From Chlorokybus atmophyticus (lineage: Eukaryota > Plantae > Mesostigma and Chlorokybus algae): 64,000 nt of DNA. Shown in pieces: positions 1-12,400 of the stretch. The position numbers and the translations under genes are program-made. The notes under the pieces were generated by a model, which did no database searches, was not told where the DNA came from, and saw only the letters and a list, made by a program, of their open reading frames with translations. The stretch's first letter is position 1, and each line of letters opens with the position of its first letter. The stretch spans positions 205,986-269,985 of the forward strand of contig RHPI01002888.1 in the NCBI GenBank assembly GCA_009103225.1, in the 5' to 3' direction.

Positions 1-61
1 GCCGCCGCCGCCGCCGCCACCACCGCCAACGCCACCGCCGCCGTCGCCGCCGCCGCCGCCG
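1..61. repeat. (GCC)n trinucleotide microsatellite, imperfect
   Basis: gccgccgccg... read directly from the sequence. Confidence 0.9.
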
Positions 62-726
62 CACAACTGTCTTTGTAAATAAAGCCGTTCAGCGTTTGAA
101 ACGCTGCTGCGTTTCAAACGCTCAACGTCTTCAATGGTACAGTCGTACCACTAAAATAGTACGACAGCACCGTTGTACCATTGAATGATGAGTACCGTTT
201 AGGGTACTTTGTTGGGACTGTTGTACCATCGCAATGGTACTATTGTTCCATTATATGTGCCGAGTATAACTAACCGGACTGACAGGTGCTAGCCGCCATC
301 GCTCGTCCCTCTTAGAAGACTTAGTTGAGATTGAGTGGTCGCTTGCTTGCCAATGTAGGTTAGTCGCCACCGCGGCTTATGTACGGCCGACAGCCGGCCG
401 CGGGTCAACTCCGACTTACTGGTATCGACCGCCGCTTTTAGGGGCCTGTATATACACTTAATTGCCATTACAGGTAGGTCGACGTTACGGAAGCAGTATG
501 ACCGGCGGCCGGCCGTCAAAATATGTTGATGTCACGTCATCACCGGTAGGCAACAGTCCACTGTACTGTACGATCGGCGGTCGGCAATTCATTATTGTCC
601 ACAATACGCACCGGCAGCTTATTCGGTCCCTTTGTGGCCCAAGTCGTTAGGTCCGTTAGGGTCCGATAGGGTCAGGCAACCAACAGTCCCTCAGTCTCTC
701 GTCAGTCACCGTGTAAAATTTGCGAC

Positions 727-1070
727 ATTAGACCTTTCGCCAATAACTCAATGATCTGCTTTTCCATTTCTTCCCTCTCTACAGGACTTAGCCTGTAGGT
801 AGGTCGTGAAGGAGGGACAGAATCTGCTTCAATAGAAATGGTATGACCAATACCTCTATCCAGTGGTAGTTCCGAAAAAGCGTCAGCAAACACATCATTG
901 AATGTGTTCACCACTTGTTGCATTTCAGGTATGGCAGTTACAACATCGCTGGTGGCATCAGAAGATGCGCGTACATGAGCCAAAAAGGCCATTGATTCGT
1001 GCTTGCGATACACACGTTTGGCTTGCAGAGCATTCAAAAGCCCTGTAGGCTCAAGCAAGGCTCGTCGCAA
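727..1070 (-). pseudogene. Gypsy pol fragment: protease-RT linker and first RT residues, cut off after LLAKGL
   Basis: FNDVFADAFSELPLDRGIGHTISIEADSVPPSRPTYRLSPVEREEMEKQIIELLAKGL matches the typical Ty3/gypsy motif (F.DVF...LP..R...H.I......P.....YR.S..E...). Confidence 0.85.
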
Positions 1071-1149
1071 TTTTGTGGTGAGCGTAATTCTATGCTTACC
1101 TTTGCGTACAGATTATGTTTTCGCATACGTGTCTAGAGTTAGATGCACA

Positions 1150-1425
1150 GCTTGTTGCCAATAAAGCATCAGGATGACATCAGTATTGTCAATCCATAGA
1201 TTTGACTAACAGCTTAAACACGCCCGAGTATGCACCAACGCGCAAGCGTGCATTGACCACGCTATATGAAGGCAAAGTGTTACGCCCTGCGGCATGCAAC
1301 ATCATGTTTGATGGTGACATAGCTAACGATAAGCGTTTCACTAACGAATGAGTAATAAAGCTATGCGTAGCAGCGGTGTGCAATACAAATAAAGCATAAT
1401 AACCCGCTAAAAAACCCTAAAAGGT
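1150..1425 (-). pseudogene. Retroviral-type aspartic protease, catalytic Asp mutated (LHTAATHSFI for LDT/SGA..F)
   Basis: GFLAGYYALFVLHTAATHSFI...DVIL; in frame with the upstream 1426-1824 ORF across two stop codons. Confidence 0.75.
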
Positions 1426-1843
1426 CTATAGTAAGGGAATGAAATGACCATCAAATGCGGCCGCAAGTGCATGGTCACTGAGCGGCAGAAGCACCACCAA
1501 CTTCATAGAAGTAGGCATGTCAGTTGTCCGCTTGAACTTAGCCACAAGGCGTCCATGTGATGTCCATTTGGACCATGAGCCATGATAGCATGGCATTATG
1601 ACATACCCTGTGATAGCAGAATGCTGTTTGTGAAACATAGCAAACTCTGCTAAAGCAATTGTTAAGTCAGTTGGTTTGCTTGAAAGCAACACACGTGCAG
1701 CATGCGCTGGTTCATCACGCTGCAATACATGCAACGTATCATGATCAAACCAAGCATGTGTAACACCATATGTACGTAAAACAAATGTAATGTCCAAACC
1801 AACATTGCTAGGCACAATGGCCATGGTTAATACCTACCTACGG

Positions 1844-2620
1844 CTAAGTCTTCGGGCCTTTGCCCTTGCCCATATTCTGAGATGTAGAGGATTTGAGCTC
1901 AGGGTGCAGTTGCCAACAACGATCTGCCGTGTGACCAGGCTTCTTGCAAGAAGCACAAATCACCTTTGGTCATGGTCTTATCGAAGTGGGGCTTCTTGAA
2001 CTACTGTGGTGCCCCACCTTTGCCGTCTATGTGCTCTCTCTTCTTCTGCGCCGACACTACAGCTGTAGCCTCAGGATGAGTTGCCTTGGTTAATTGCAGA
2101 GAGTGGTCGAGACTCATGACAGCCTTGATATACTCTTCAAGCCCCCCACACAGTGTTATCTCCATTCAGCTGCAAGCTGATGACCAAATTTTTGCGTAGT
2201 TTACTGCGAAAGGAGCGCACCTGTGCAGCTGCATCATATGGAAGTGGTCCTTGGTTGGCGTCGTCAACCATTAGGCGCCACTCGCGCGCATACACATCAG
2301 CACTCTTGTTGCTCATCCGAAGTTGAGCACCAATTTCTCATCTGTTTCCACCCAAGGCGCAATACTCTGATAGTGACTGCGCAAGTAGTCCAGCACTGCT
2401 TGCATAGTACTGGCAAACTTGCCCTGCTTATGCTGCATCTGCACCTCAGCTGGTGCCAAGTTGAGAACAATGTTGAACTTGTCCGCCTTTGACATATAAG
2501 TGGCTAAGGCCAACTAGTTGTTGATGGACACAATCCACTTCTTGACAGTAGTCTTCCTGTCAGTTGGGTCAAATTTGGATGGCTTAATTAATTCCATCTT
2601 GGCACTAGCACACATAGTGC
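1844..2620 (-). pseudogene. Gag with CCHC zinc knuckle (frameshifted)
   Basis: C-F-(frameshift)-CKKPGHTADRCWQLHPE at ~1916-1955; gag TAG at 1844-1846 after KGKGPKT. Confidence 0.75.
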
Positions 2621-5600
2621 TCGTGGCGCGTGCAGAACGCAATGCCGTTACTTGCTAAGACAGATGAGAAATCAATGACTCTGCATTCTCCAATCTAGAA
2701 GTGATGCCTCGTGCCAATGCTTCCTGATGGCGACAACACTGTGCCAAGGGTTGAAATGCGCAACGCGGGCCATTAGAAGCAGCGTAAAAGACACGCAGTA
2801 AATTTTGAATGAATTTATCACTGATTTCAGTGGGTTGCAATGCAGTAGGTTCGTTCTGTTGAGCTCCCCTTGAAGTAGTGCGAGTACCTGCTTGTGCAGG
2901 TTGCTGTGTAATTTTCTTCCCAGGCTTATTGACCTCGACATGCACAATCTGAGCAAAATATGCAGGCAACTCTAATGGGGTCGCCCCCTGTTCAACTTCT
3001 TCCAACCGCTTCTCTACATCAAGTGCAAGGCGCTGTTGCCTAGCGGTTACAAGTTTATTAAACTGTTCACCAGCAAGAAGGTGCCTTCGTGCATCACCTG
3101 CAAAACGCTTCGCCTCTCCCATAGAGCAGGGTTGACTGCGGAGAAAACGTTCATGCTTCGTGAGCTCAAGCAGAATGGTCCCTTCGATCTCATCCTGTGG
3201 GTCCACTACATCCTCCTTTTGCCCTTCCACTTGCGTAGCGGTAGGTGGGGGATCCTCAATGCCCTGAGCTCTTCTTAACTTGCCTTTTGCCATGTCTGAC
3301 ACAGCAATACAGCTTGTAAGAACAACGCTATGCAAGCCAATAGAGTTGTGCAAGCAAAGCTCGCAACAACCAACAACAACAAGTCTTATGCCAGAGGCTG
3401 CTCGTGTTGTAACACTGAGTGTAAAACCACTTAAGAATGGTGTTAAAGTGAGTGAGTGTTGTCCTATTGCGATGCAAAGCAACTTGATGATCAAGTGTTC
3501 TACTGCAGCTTAGAGGAATATCCAGAGAGGCTCGCTCCATTGATGAGGGGATTATCTCAGAGGCTCTCTTTGCTAAATGTGCACATATACGCACACAATG
3601 CAAGCGAGCCAGCAAAAACACTCACGCACGTCCACTTAGCCTTGTGATAAAACCAACAAGGAAGAAGTGCCAAATTAGCACAAGGCAGCCCTGAACAAGT
3701 AAACTTTTCACTTGTAATGGTAGTGGTCTGGCTGGTCGCTGCGACTTGCTAGGCTGGGTTGCCGCTAGCTGGACGGCGACGACCTTAGGAGAGACTGACA
3801 CTCGCAGGTGATGGCAATCGGCGGTCGTGGTGCCTGCTGCGACGCAGGTTGGGCAGTAGGTGGCTTGCCAGGCTCCTCGCCTAGAGGTGAATGGCGGCGC
3901 TGCTAGCGGCCTGATGGCTTGCTGGCGGCGCTACTCCAGCACAATAATAATCACAACAATTATAATAAGGTCCAGCCACAAGGAGGACCTAGCTCCTATA
4001 CCAAATGTAAAGGGGAAAAGCCAAACTCCCCTTAAATCCTCTACCCCAACACCCACACCAATGACCGTACCAACGCCGCCGTCATTACTGTTGTGATAAG
4101 GATCTCCCCTCACCACTCACTATCAGCCATAGCTTTTACCAGTCTAGTTGATATCAACCAAATAGGGTAGGAGTCATGGATATCACTTTTTTTGACTCAT
4201 AACTTCAATAAGACTCATATAAGAGTCTTAACAAGCATAGAGCGAGGAACCAATGGAGCTTGGCAGACAATGGACCAATTAAGGCCAATTACAATAATGT
4301 CAAGATGAAAACCTTAAATAGGGGAAAAGCCCTTGACAATGTGTGCTTTTATAGTATAAGCAAGGCTGCATTACACAACTTGATAAACGATTACCAGTAG
4401 TCCACATGGACGGCACAAAACCACGTTCAACCCAACACAGGATGTATTAGAGAGCGACTTTCGCAAGCATTATATATGGTCGTCATCTGATATGATCATG
4501 TAAACATTGTTACATTAAAAAATTTGATGGTAATATTACCATATTTCGTCGAATACAACCCTCCCTCTATTACAACACCCCACCCCTGAAGTACCTGGGG
4601 GGGGCTTTGTTTGTCATACACACCCCCCTACCCTAATACACCCCCAAGGGAGTGGGGGAGTATATAGATGGGTAAAAGAATTGCATTATCTAGCACTTTA
4701 CATGTATCATAACGCTAGAGTCCTGCTCATGACCGTGGCATTGCCACGGCCGTGGGCGCCGCCGCCGCAGGCTACTGCGCCGTATGTTGCGACTGCCGCC
4801 TTGCGGTAGGTGCCGAATACGGCGCCGGGTTACGTTGCGTCGTGTCATTTGTAACAATTACTGACTTATACCAACCATGAGATAGCTACAAAGCACACAA
4901 TGATGAGCACGTGGAGCACAGCGCACACACGTGCCAATTTGACAATTACTGACAGTTACATTACGTTACAACGCCCCTACAGGTGTGGCTACTGCTGTTT
5001 ATATGTCAATAGCAACGGTATATATTTCGGCTGTTGTCCATGTTTGATGACTGAGTAACTATAGCGTGTAATCAATTAGCGATACATGGTAGAGTGGATT
5101 CGTTAGAACGAGGGCGAGTAGTGGCGGCATGTCTTTGGGGTATGGGGCCTGCCCCGACCTCGTACCGCCAAAAACGCGGCCGTTTTAACCACTAACTGTG
5201 CTGTAATTGCACCGAATCTCTAGCGATTTTGGGTCGCCGTTGGTCAGCAGTTACCGCTGAGATAGTTTTCAGCATCCTTTACGCAACTTTGCAATGATTG
5301 GCCATTTCGCTGCCTTTTTCAACAACGGCTATTGTCACCGTTGCGATCCCATTTGATCAATTTCATGCGTGACCAAATGATGGCCTAACGATGCGATTTT
5401 TCGTTTGGTTGAATCTTAACGTTAGAGTAACTCTGGTTAACATTATATTGGTGGTTGTAACCTCGGCATTACTTACTGAGTGACGCAGCACATACCGTGA
5501 CGTGAATGTTACGTTGAATATTAAGTTTTGAAACACTTAACTGCAGGTTGCCAACTCAATTGCACCATATTGCACCATACGTATTCATATCGCAACATAT

Positions 5601-6525
5601 GTGCCTCATATTACAACACATCAGAGATATTGTTTTGCCACCTTTTTTGGTGTGTTACATCTCAAATCATATGGACCATGTGCAACAATATGCCGGCATG
5701 GACCATGTGCATTGTGCACGTTGTGGTCATTATTAATTTATTCGCATATATTTTAAGCAATTGCATGAAGTGGAACGGTGCTTTGGACGGTCGAAATCTA
5801 TATTTTAAAAGATCAAACGGCTGATAGTTGATAAACGCCGCCTAGCCAATGAGCGGCATGCGGGCCGCGCAGCCTGGCAGTCGCGGGTGCCGCATGTGAT
5901 GCCCTGGATGAGGTTTGCGTGTGCCCTAATGCCGGCTGCCCCGCCCAATCAGCCGCACCGCTCGTTCAAGTATATATAAGATATACTTAAGTATATACTT
6001 GAGCATACATAAAAGCTCATATGCTGTTATCCGGGAGCACATTCCAATATATTCCGATTCTTACAAGAGATTGTTCCGATTACTACACGGTTATAGTCTC
6101 ATGTTATTAGGTGCGCATCGTTACACATTGACGCGACGCAGCGTAATGCCGCGCATAAATACTACCCCCTAGTATAATATATAATAGACCCCTCCTCAAA
6201 TACAACAACTCCCATAAAATATAGGGGTTTTGTTTGTAAGGGGCAGTTGTTTTTAACAAAATACGGTACAAGCACATTAAGTCTCTATAGCCAATGGAGA
6301 GTCTTTTCAGTGAGGCACTAACATAAAGAAGTCTGGAGATGCAGCGGTTGAGTATAAGCTTAATTATTCAAATCTGTGGTTTTAACAGAGTTAACCAATG
6401 CCGTGCCTATGGAACCAAAACATTACACAACTTCAAGGACACTCAAGAAAGTTACAACAATAGCAATTATCGCAAGCTTTGTGGTGGACTGAGCTCAAAA
6501 CGGAGGGGGGAAGTGCGTGTTGGGG

Positions 6526-7150
6526 TGGAAGGGCGCGGGTCTTGGGTAGACAACATGTTTACACCATTGAAGGGAACCTGCAAGAATATCAATTGGTCCC
6601 CGCACTCTCTTTACTACATAGGTATGATGATGTCCACGCGCACTACTCCTTACACCATATGTACCAAGCATACACACATCACAATCGAGTGTTATGTAAA
6701 ATGGTGCAAGGCTTGCATGCTCCATAGCTTGTGCCACAATCCTCGCAGAAATGTTGTGAAAACCGCATGTGAATCGCCTTGTGTGTTCATGCTGCACGCG
6801 ATGGCAATTTCATGACCAAATANATTCGTTGCTGTGCACTTACTCAACTTAAATATTTGGTCATGAAATTGCCATCGCGTGCAGCATGAACACACAAGGC
6901 GATTCACATGCGGTTTTCACAACATTTCTGCGAGGATTGTGGCACAAGCTATGGAGCATGCAAGCCTTGCACCATTTTACATAACACTCGATTGTGATGT
7001 GTGTATGCTTGGTACATATGGTGTAAGGAGTAGTGCGCGTGGACATCATCATACCTATGTAGTAAAGAGAGTGCGGGGACCAATTGATATTCTTGCAGGT
7101 TCCCTTCAATGGTGTAAACATGTTGTCTACCCAAGACCCGCGCCCTTCCA
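6526..7150. repeat. Long inverted repeat, arms 6526-6822 and 6854-7150 (297 bp each), 31-bp spacer containing one N
   Basis: Opposite-strand ORFs 6339..6815(+) and 6861..7121(-) give the same peptide; arm ends checked base by base (tggaagggcgcgggtcttgg / ccaagacccgcgcccttcca). Confidence 0.9.
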
Positions 7151-8049
7151 GGCTTACATGTATTCTCTGTCTATATCAAAACAACATACAAGCGCTTGAT
7201 TGTTAGCTGCTACCATGCCTGAGGCTCGCCGCTAGCCATGGAGCGGTGGCGATGGCGGTGATGCCGAGCCGGGCACTAGTGGCGCATATGACCCAGCCAC
7301 AGATGCTGATGCATCTGTTCGTATAGACAGTGCGCACGGTGCTGAGCTGGTGCGTGCGTGCATGAAAGATGTGCGCGCAGATTCAGACGCCATGCATGCC
7401 ATGTACAGTGAGCTTTGCCTCTATCCGTACACCCTTTTAGGGTCACAGTTCCCTATTGTATCTTTGATCACAACACTAGGTTGTTTGAGTCGCGAATCTG
7501 CATGGCTGCAATCCAGCATGCTTAGATGCTGTGCATGGGAAACTAATAGGTACAACCAGAAGCTAGCCTGTTTCAGGGCAGCTTTGCCATTGCATACACA
7601 TGTAATACATGTACACACGGGCGTACAAAAGATGCAAGCAACATCACGCGCATGCAAAGCACACTGCAATCACTGTGTAATACATAACATGCGAAGATTG
7701 TGCCATGCATGACTCATCTCGGAGAGTGTGACACGCACATGCATGTGCATAGCGCATTGTGCAGCTCTAACTCCGAAATGCCATCACCCGCACACACATG
7801 ACAAACATCACACATGACACACCTAGCAAGACCATGCCACCCACACCGTGGCCATGCCAGCAGGTCTGCAAAGCGTGATTAGTGATGACCTAATAGTGTA
7901 CCAGTGCAAGCCTGAAAACCAAATGCTTGAACTGAAGCGCATAGCAGCATCTACAAAGAACACTATACTGGCCTGTCCCAATAGCATACCTATTGGCTTG
8001 TTGAAGACAAGAAACAACTTTGCTTGTAAACACAATTATACAATTTGTC

Positions 8050-11000
8050 CTAAGTTTTGGCAGTGTTGTTAGTGCCGAGGACGCGCTTGCGGAAGTCCTC
8101 GACCATAAGGGGCAGTCCATCCTTCAGTGCAACCTTAGGCTCCCAGCCAAGCAGCTCCTTGGCCTTAGTGATGTCGGGCTTCCGCTTGTGCGGGTCATCC
8201 TCGGTGTTTGGCACGTATGTGACCTTCGCATTGCGATCAATGACTTCCTTGACCACCTGGTGCACATTGACCACCAGCATTACTGCTTATGTTGACAACG
8301 TAATGACATCTCAGCTCAGTTAACCTAAGAGAATTGTGCATGATGCAACAATCATGGCCATAGTTTGCATGAAAGTTAGGAGTTGATGGCTCTTTGTACC
8401 TCAGCAAGCTCATTCATTGTGAACTCGCCCGGGTTGCCAATATTGAATGGGCCGGTATGCTGATTATTGTCCATCAGCGCCATCAGACCCGCAACCTGTA
8501 AGATGGCAGAGATGTCAGTCAAGACACCAGAGAAGCTAATCAGTACCACTTGCAGTGCCTCCTCCAGTGTAAGCTTACCAGGTCAGACACATACTGGAAA
8601 CTTCTTGTCTGCATTCCATCGCCATAGATAGTCATGGGCTCCTTGCGCAGCGCCTGCCACAGGAGATCAGTCAATTGGCAAGAACCCCCCAACATACAAG
8701 CAGACTCAGCTCAGCACTTGGTCACTGTCACTGTCAGTGTCATTGCTTGATTGCAAACATAATCCCTACCTGAGCAACGAAGTTGCTGACCACACGACCA
8801 TCATCGAGCGACATGCGAGGACCATAAGTGTTAAAGATGCGTGCCACGCGAATCTCAATGCCCAGCCCGCGGTGGTAGTCGAAGCTGAGAGTCTCGGCAA
8901 CGCGCTTGCCCTCGTCGTAGCAGCTGCGCACACCTGACAAGAGATGCCCCCACAAGTCAACCAGCTGTGCATTATATATAGAAACATTTGCAGACCTATG
9001 CATGCTATATGCCCAAGTATCCAATGAGTGACACTTTGCAAATGACATGTCAATCTGGCACTTGAAAGCTGAGATAATAGACAACAACTCTTACCAATAG
9101 GGTTCACATTGCCCCAGTATTCCTCCTGCTGTGGATGCTGCAGGGGGTCGCCATAGATTTCCGATGTTGATGCCAGCAGGAACCTAGCTCCGACACGCTT
9201 GGCAAGACCAAGCATGTTGATGGTGCCCATGACACTGGTCTTGATGGTCTTCACAGGGTTGTATTTGTAGTGGACTGGCGATGCAGGGCACGCAAGATGA
9301 TATATCTGATCAACTTCTGCCAGGAGCGGCTCCACCACGTCATGCCTCAGCAGCTCAAACCTGATGCATGCATTGTTCAGTATGACGAAGGCAGCTGCAT
9401 CCACCTTGACCTTATGAACACGACGCAGGAAAAGTCTCCTAGTTGGGGTCGGCAACAACAGTACTCTGTAAAGGGACAGGGGGCCACGCATTGGAGTGTA
9501 CTAGGTGCACACCTATGCCGAAACCTCATACTGGTGTCCATGGTTGGCATAAGGAATAGCAAGAAACTCAACTTACAGCATGTCATGAGCCTTGCATCAG
9601 GCTGACATAAGGGATAGCAAATTCAGTTTTATCCATTGTTACTGTCATGCAAGCTGATTACATAAGGTGCTGATGTGACGCATGTGTAAGACAGTTCTGT
9701 GTGGTACAGCTTGACCATCACCTGGGGTTGTCAATGTGATGCAGGACATTCTCCTTGCGGCCGGTAAAGTAATTGTCCACAACAATGACCTCATGCCCTC
9801 TTTCCATCAGGCGGTCAACCAGGTGGCTGCCGACAAACCCGGCTCCTCCAGTAACCAGCACGCGGGGTAGCTTCGGCCGCAGAGAAAGTGGCGCCTTGCG
9901 AGGCTCCGGCAGACCACCAACTAGCAGGTCCCGGACTGTGTCGTCAGGCTGAGCAACAAGCCGTGAGGTGAGTAGCTACACATACCACCCATTGTCAGTC
10001 CTTGCAAGCAATAGCATGTGTACTCAACAGGTAGTGCTACACCTGTACTAAAAATTCAACATAGGCCACAGGATGGACTCAGGCATTCAGTCAGGGATTC
10101 ATTTTCTTGTTAACCACGCAAGCAATGCCATGCGAAACAAGCAATAACAGTAAAATTGCGTCTGGAATCATGCGCGGTGCAACCGCATGGCAATGTGGAA
10201 ATGACTTTATAGTGCATAAGCGCGCTGAGAGGTCAACAGATGCTTCTGACAAGATACTTGAGACAACCACCAACCTTTGGTTCAATGAGAACAGCATCAT
10301 CCTGCTCGACATCGTCTCCAGCCGCATCATCAGCATCTGCATTATCATCGCCGCGTGCATCATCATCAACATCATTCGCCTCCTCCCCGTCCACGTCTTC
10401 GTCCCCGTCATCTTGCAAATCATCCGCTTCAGCTTCGCGACGTTGTTGCTCGGCGACATCTAACTCCTGATGTTTCTGTTCCACAAGTTTATGCTCATCA
10501 TCGGCATCTACCAACTCCTCATTTTCTGCATCTTCCTCCTGCAAACATGCAAGGCAGGCAAAGCACAATCAAGTTAGAACAACAGTCGAAACCAGACTGT
10601 TCTTCAACCATGAAGACATAACGAGGTGCATGCTTGTATATAATGCATGCTAACTTTCTAAGATGACGTGTAGCTGGCATTTGCAATAGAGGGTTGTTCT
10701 GCCTGTACCTTCTCCAATGCTGCATCCTTCCCAGCAAGTGTCTCTTCGTCTTCCAAGTTCAAAGGCTGCTCCTGATGAACATTGGGCTGCATAGACAATG
10801 CACGGATCAGCAAGCATAGCAATTACTTCCTGATGTTGCTGAGCATACGCCAATACACCTTGCACTGTGCGAGGCAAAGAGACGCTCACAAGCCCACAAC
10901 ACAGGCGTTAATTGCAACCTGTCATGCTTCAGTGCTCGCGCAGCAAAGTAGCAAGGCATGGTCGTTCTTGCATGTATTGCAGATGCTGGAGCAACTATTG

Positions 11001-11340
11001 CGCACACATTGTATGCGCAAGCGTGCGCGCCATTTGGCCAGTGTTGCAAGTGCGACGACACAATGAGTCACATTACCTTTAGCTGCTTCAACTCCTTGAA
11101 CGGTCCCTTGGTGCGAGCAAGCTCCGCATCGCGCAAGCTAGTCAGCTCCTGGTTGTTGTCGCTCCGGGAGGGCAGCCGTGTGGGCACAGGAGCAAGGAAG
11201 TAGTATGCGATAAGTATGCACACAACAACACCGCCGAGCAGCAGCCGGCGGTGGCGAGCGGCCGCCTCCGCTGCCTGGCGCTGAGAGCGCACACTGTTAT
11301 TAGCCATCATGCTTCCCGGCGAAAAAACCTGCTTCGTCAT
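8050..11340 (-). CDS. UXS: UDP-glucuronate decarboxylase (UDP-xylose synthase), type II membrane form with long acidic stem; multi-exon
   Basis: Exon 1 11340-11077 has [22 protein letters not shown]. Catalytic exons: [93 protein letters not shown] introns keep frame; stop at 8050. Confidence 0.93.
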
Positions 11341-12400
11341 TACTCCGTCATGGCGGTAGAGCACAACCCTAATTCAGCCAGCGGGAGAGCTGGCGCCCTC
11401 ACTGCCCTGGTGCGCCCGAAGCGTGCACCACCGCACTCGACCGAGCGGACTCTGTGACAATGCCAACCTCCTGCTCCACCTCCTCTGCCTCCGCCTGTCG
11501 CTCCTCCTCCGCCGCCGCCACCTACGCAACGCTGGCTACCCTGCTACCAATGCCTCCAGCTACAGCAGCAGCGCAACACGCAAGGCTTTCCTGCCCCGTA
11601 CCGACAGTTCACGGTTTCAAGACTGATGGGTGAAGTCAATGAATCCGTGAATCACAAGTTGTCACTGACAACACTCTTCAAGCGTGGCGCCTGCTGAGCT
11701 GCCCTTCATGCAATCCATACTGCAATTATTAGGGACGTGGCAGCCGACTTTGGTGAGTGCAGGCATGTCTCAAGAGTCGGCCGGTCATGAGCCAGCGTGA
11801 GTCCGACACTAAAGCACAAAGTCGTACAACTTGGGCCGTCTTAAACCAGATAGAGTTGGGCTGCCTTCAATCGCCTTTGTCGCTACGTGCGCACGCGCAG
11901 TGTGTTTGCTGGACCGTCTGGATTGCATTGGCTGCACCATACTTGGTAATTTGGCTGCTGCCTGCATGTCGCGTCAGTCACATCAGACAATGATTGCCGG
12001 CCATATGCCCTTGCACGCCTCTGTCCCGACCGGTGCTCTACGCGGGAAACCGGACAGATTGCGCACAATATGCCAAAAGAGCTGCGAGATTGTCCGAAGG
12101 TCTCGACACCTGAACTGGCAATACATTAGCAGCTGGCAGGCTTCAATGCCTTGCATCACTCAACCGCTCACGCTGCGCACGCAAAGGTTTGGTATCGTCC
12201 GACCCGGGCTAACTTACTAACATTAAGTTGAGAATCCTGTGACTTGCAGGTGCCGAGTGCACAGCGCGGCGTAACGTTAACGTCCTTCAGCCCGGGTTGA
12301 ACGATACAAGCAAATACATGCACAAAGAGACAGCTGTGGCAAGCGTAGACGACAGGCGGGCGGAGGCGGGAGCGGCCGAGGGGTTGCCAGCGTCGTCGTC

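Larger units (their letters stand above)
727..3494 (-). mobile_element. Decayed Ty3/gypsy LTR retrotransposon internal region (gag, extra domain, protease, start of RT), truncated; LTRs not delimited
   Basis: Minus-strand order: gag-like ORFs (2655-3494, 2313-2513 continuing by frameshift), CCHC knuckle, aspartic protease, then the gypsy pre-RT/RT start HTISIEADSVPPSRPTYRLSPVEREEMEKQIIELLAKGL. Several stops and frameshifts. Confidence 0.9.

Noticed and set aside
3500-4700. 5' LTR and primer-binding site of the gypsy element
   Set aside because: No matching second LTR in the window and no canonical TGGTATCAGAGC PBS in the right orientation; boundaries left undefined.
5840-5970. GC-rich patch with two CCAAT boxes
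   Set aside because: No adjacent gene or transcript could be supported; short motifs are expected by chance or from TE remnants.
6339-7199. Identical ORFs on both strands
   Set aside because: A consequence of the palindrome; no recognisable protein motif.
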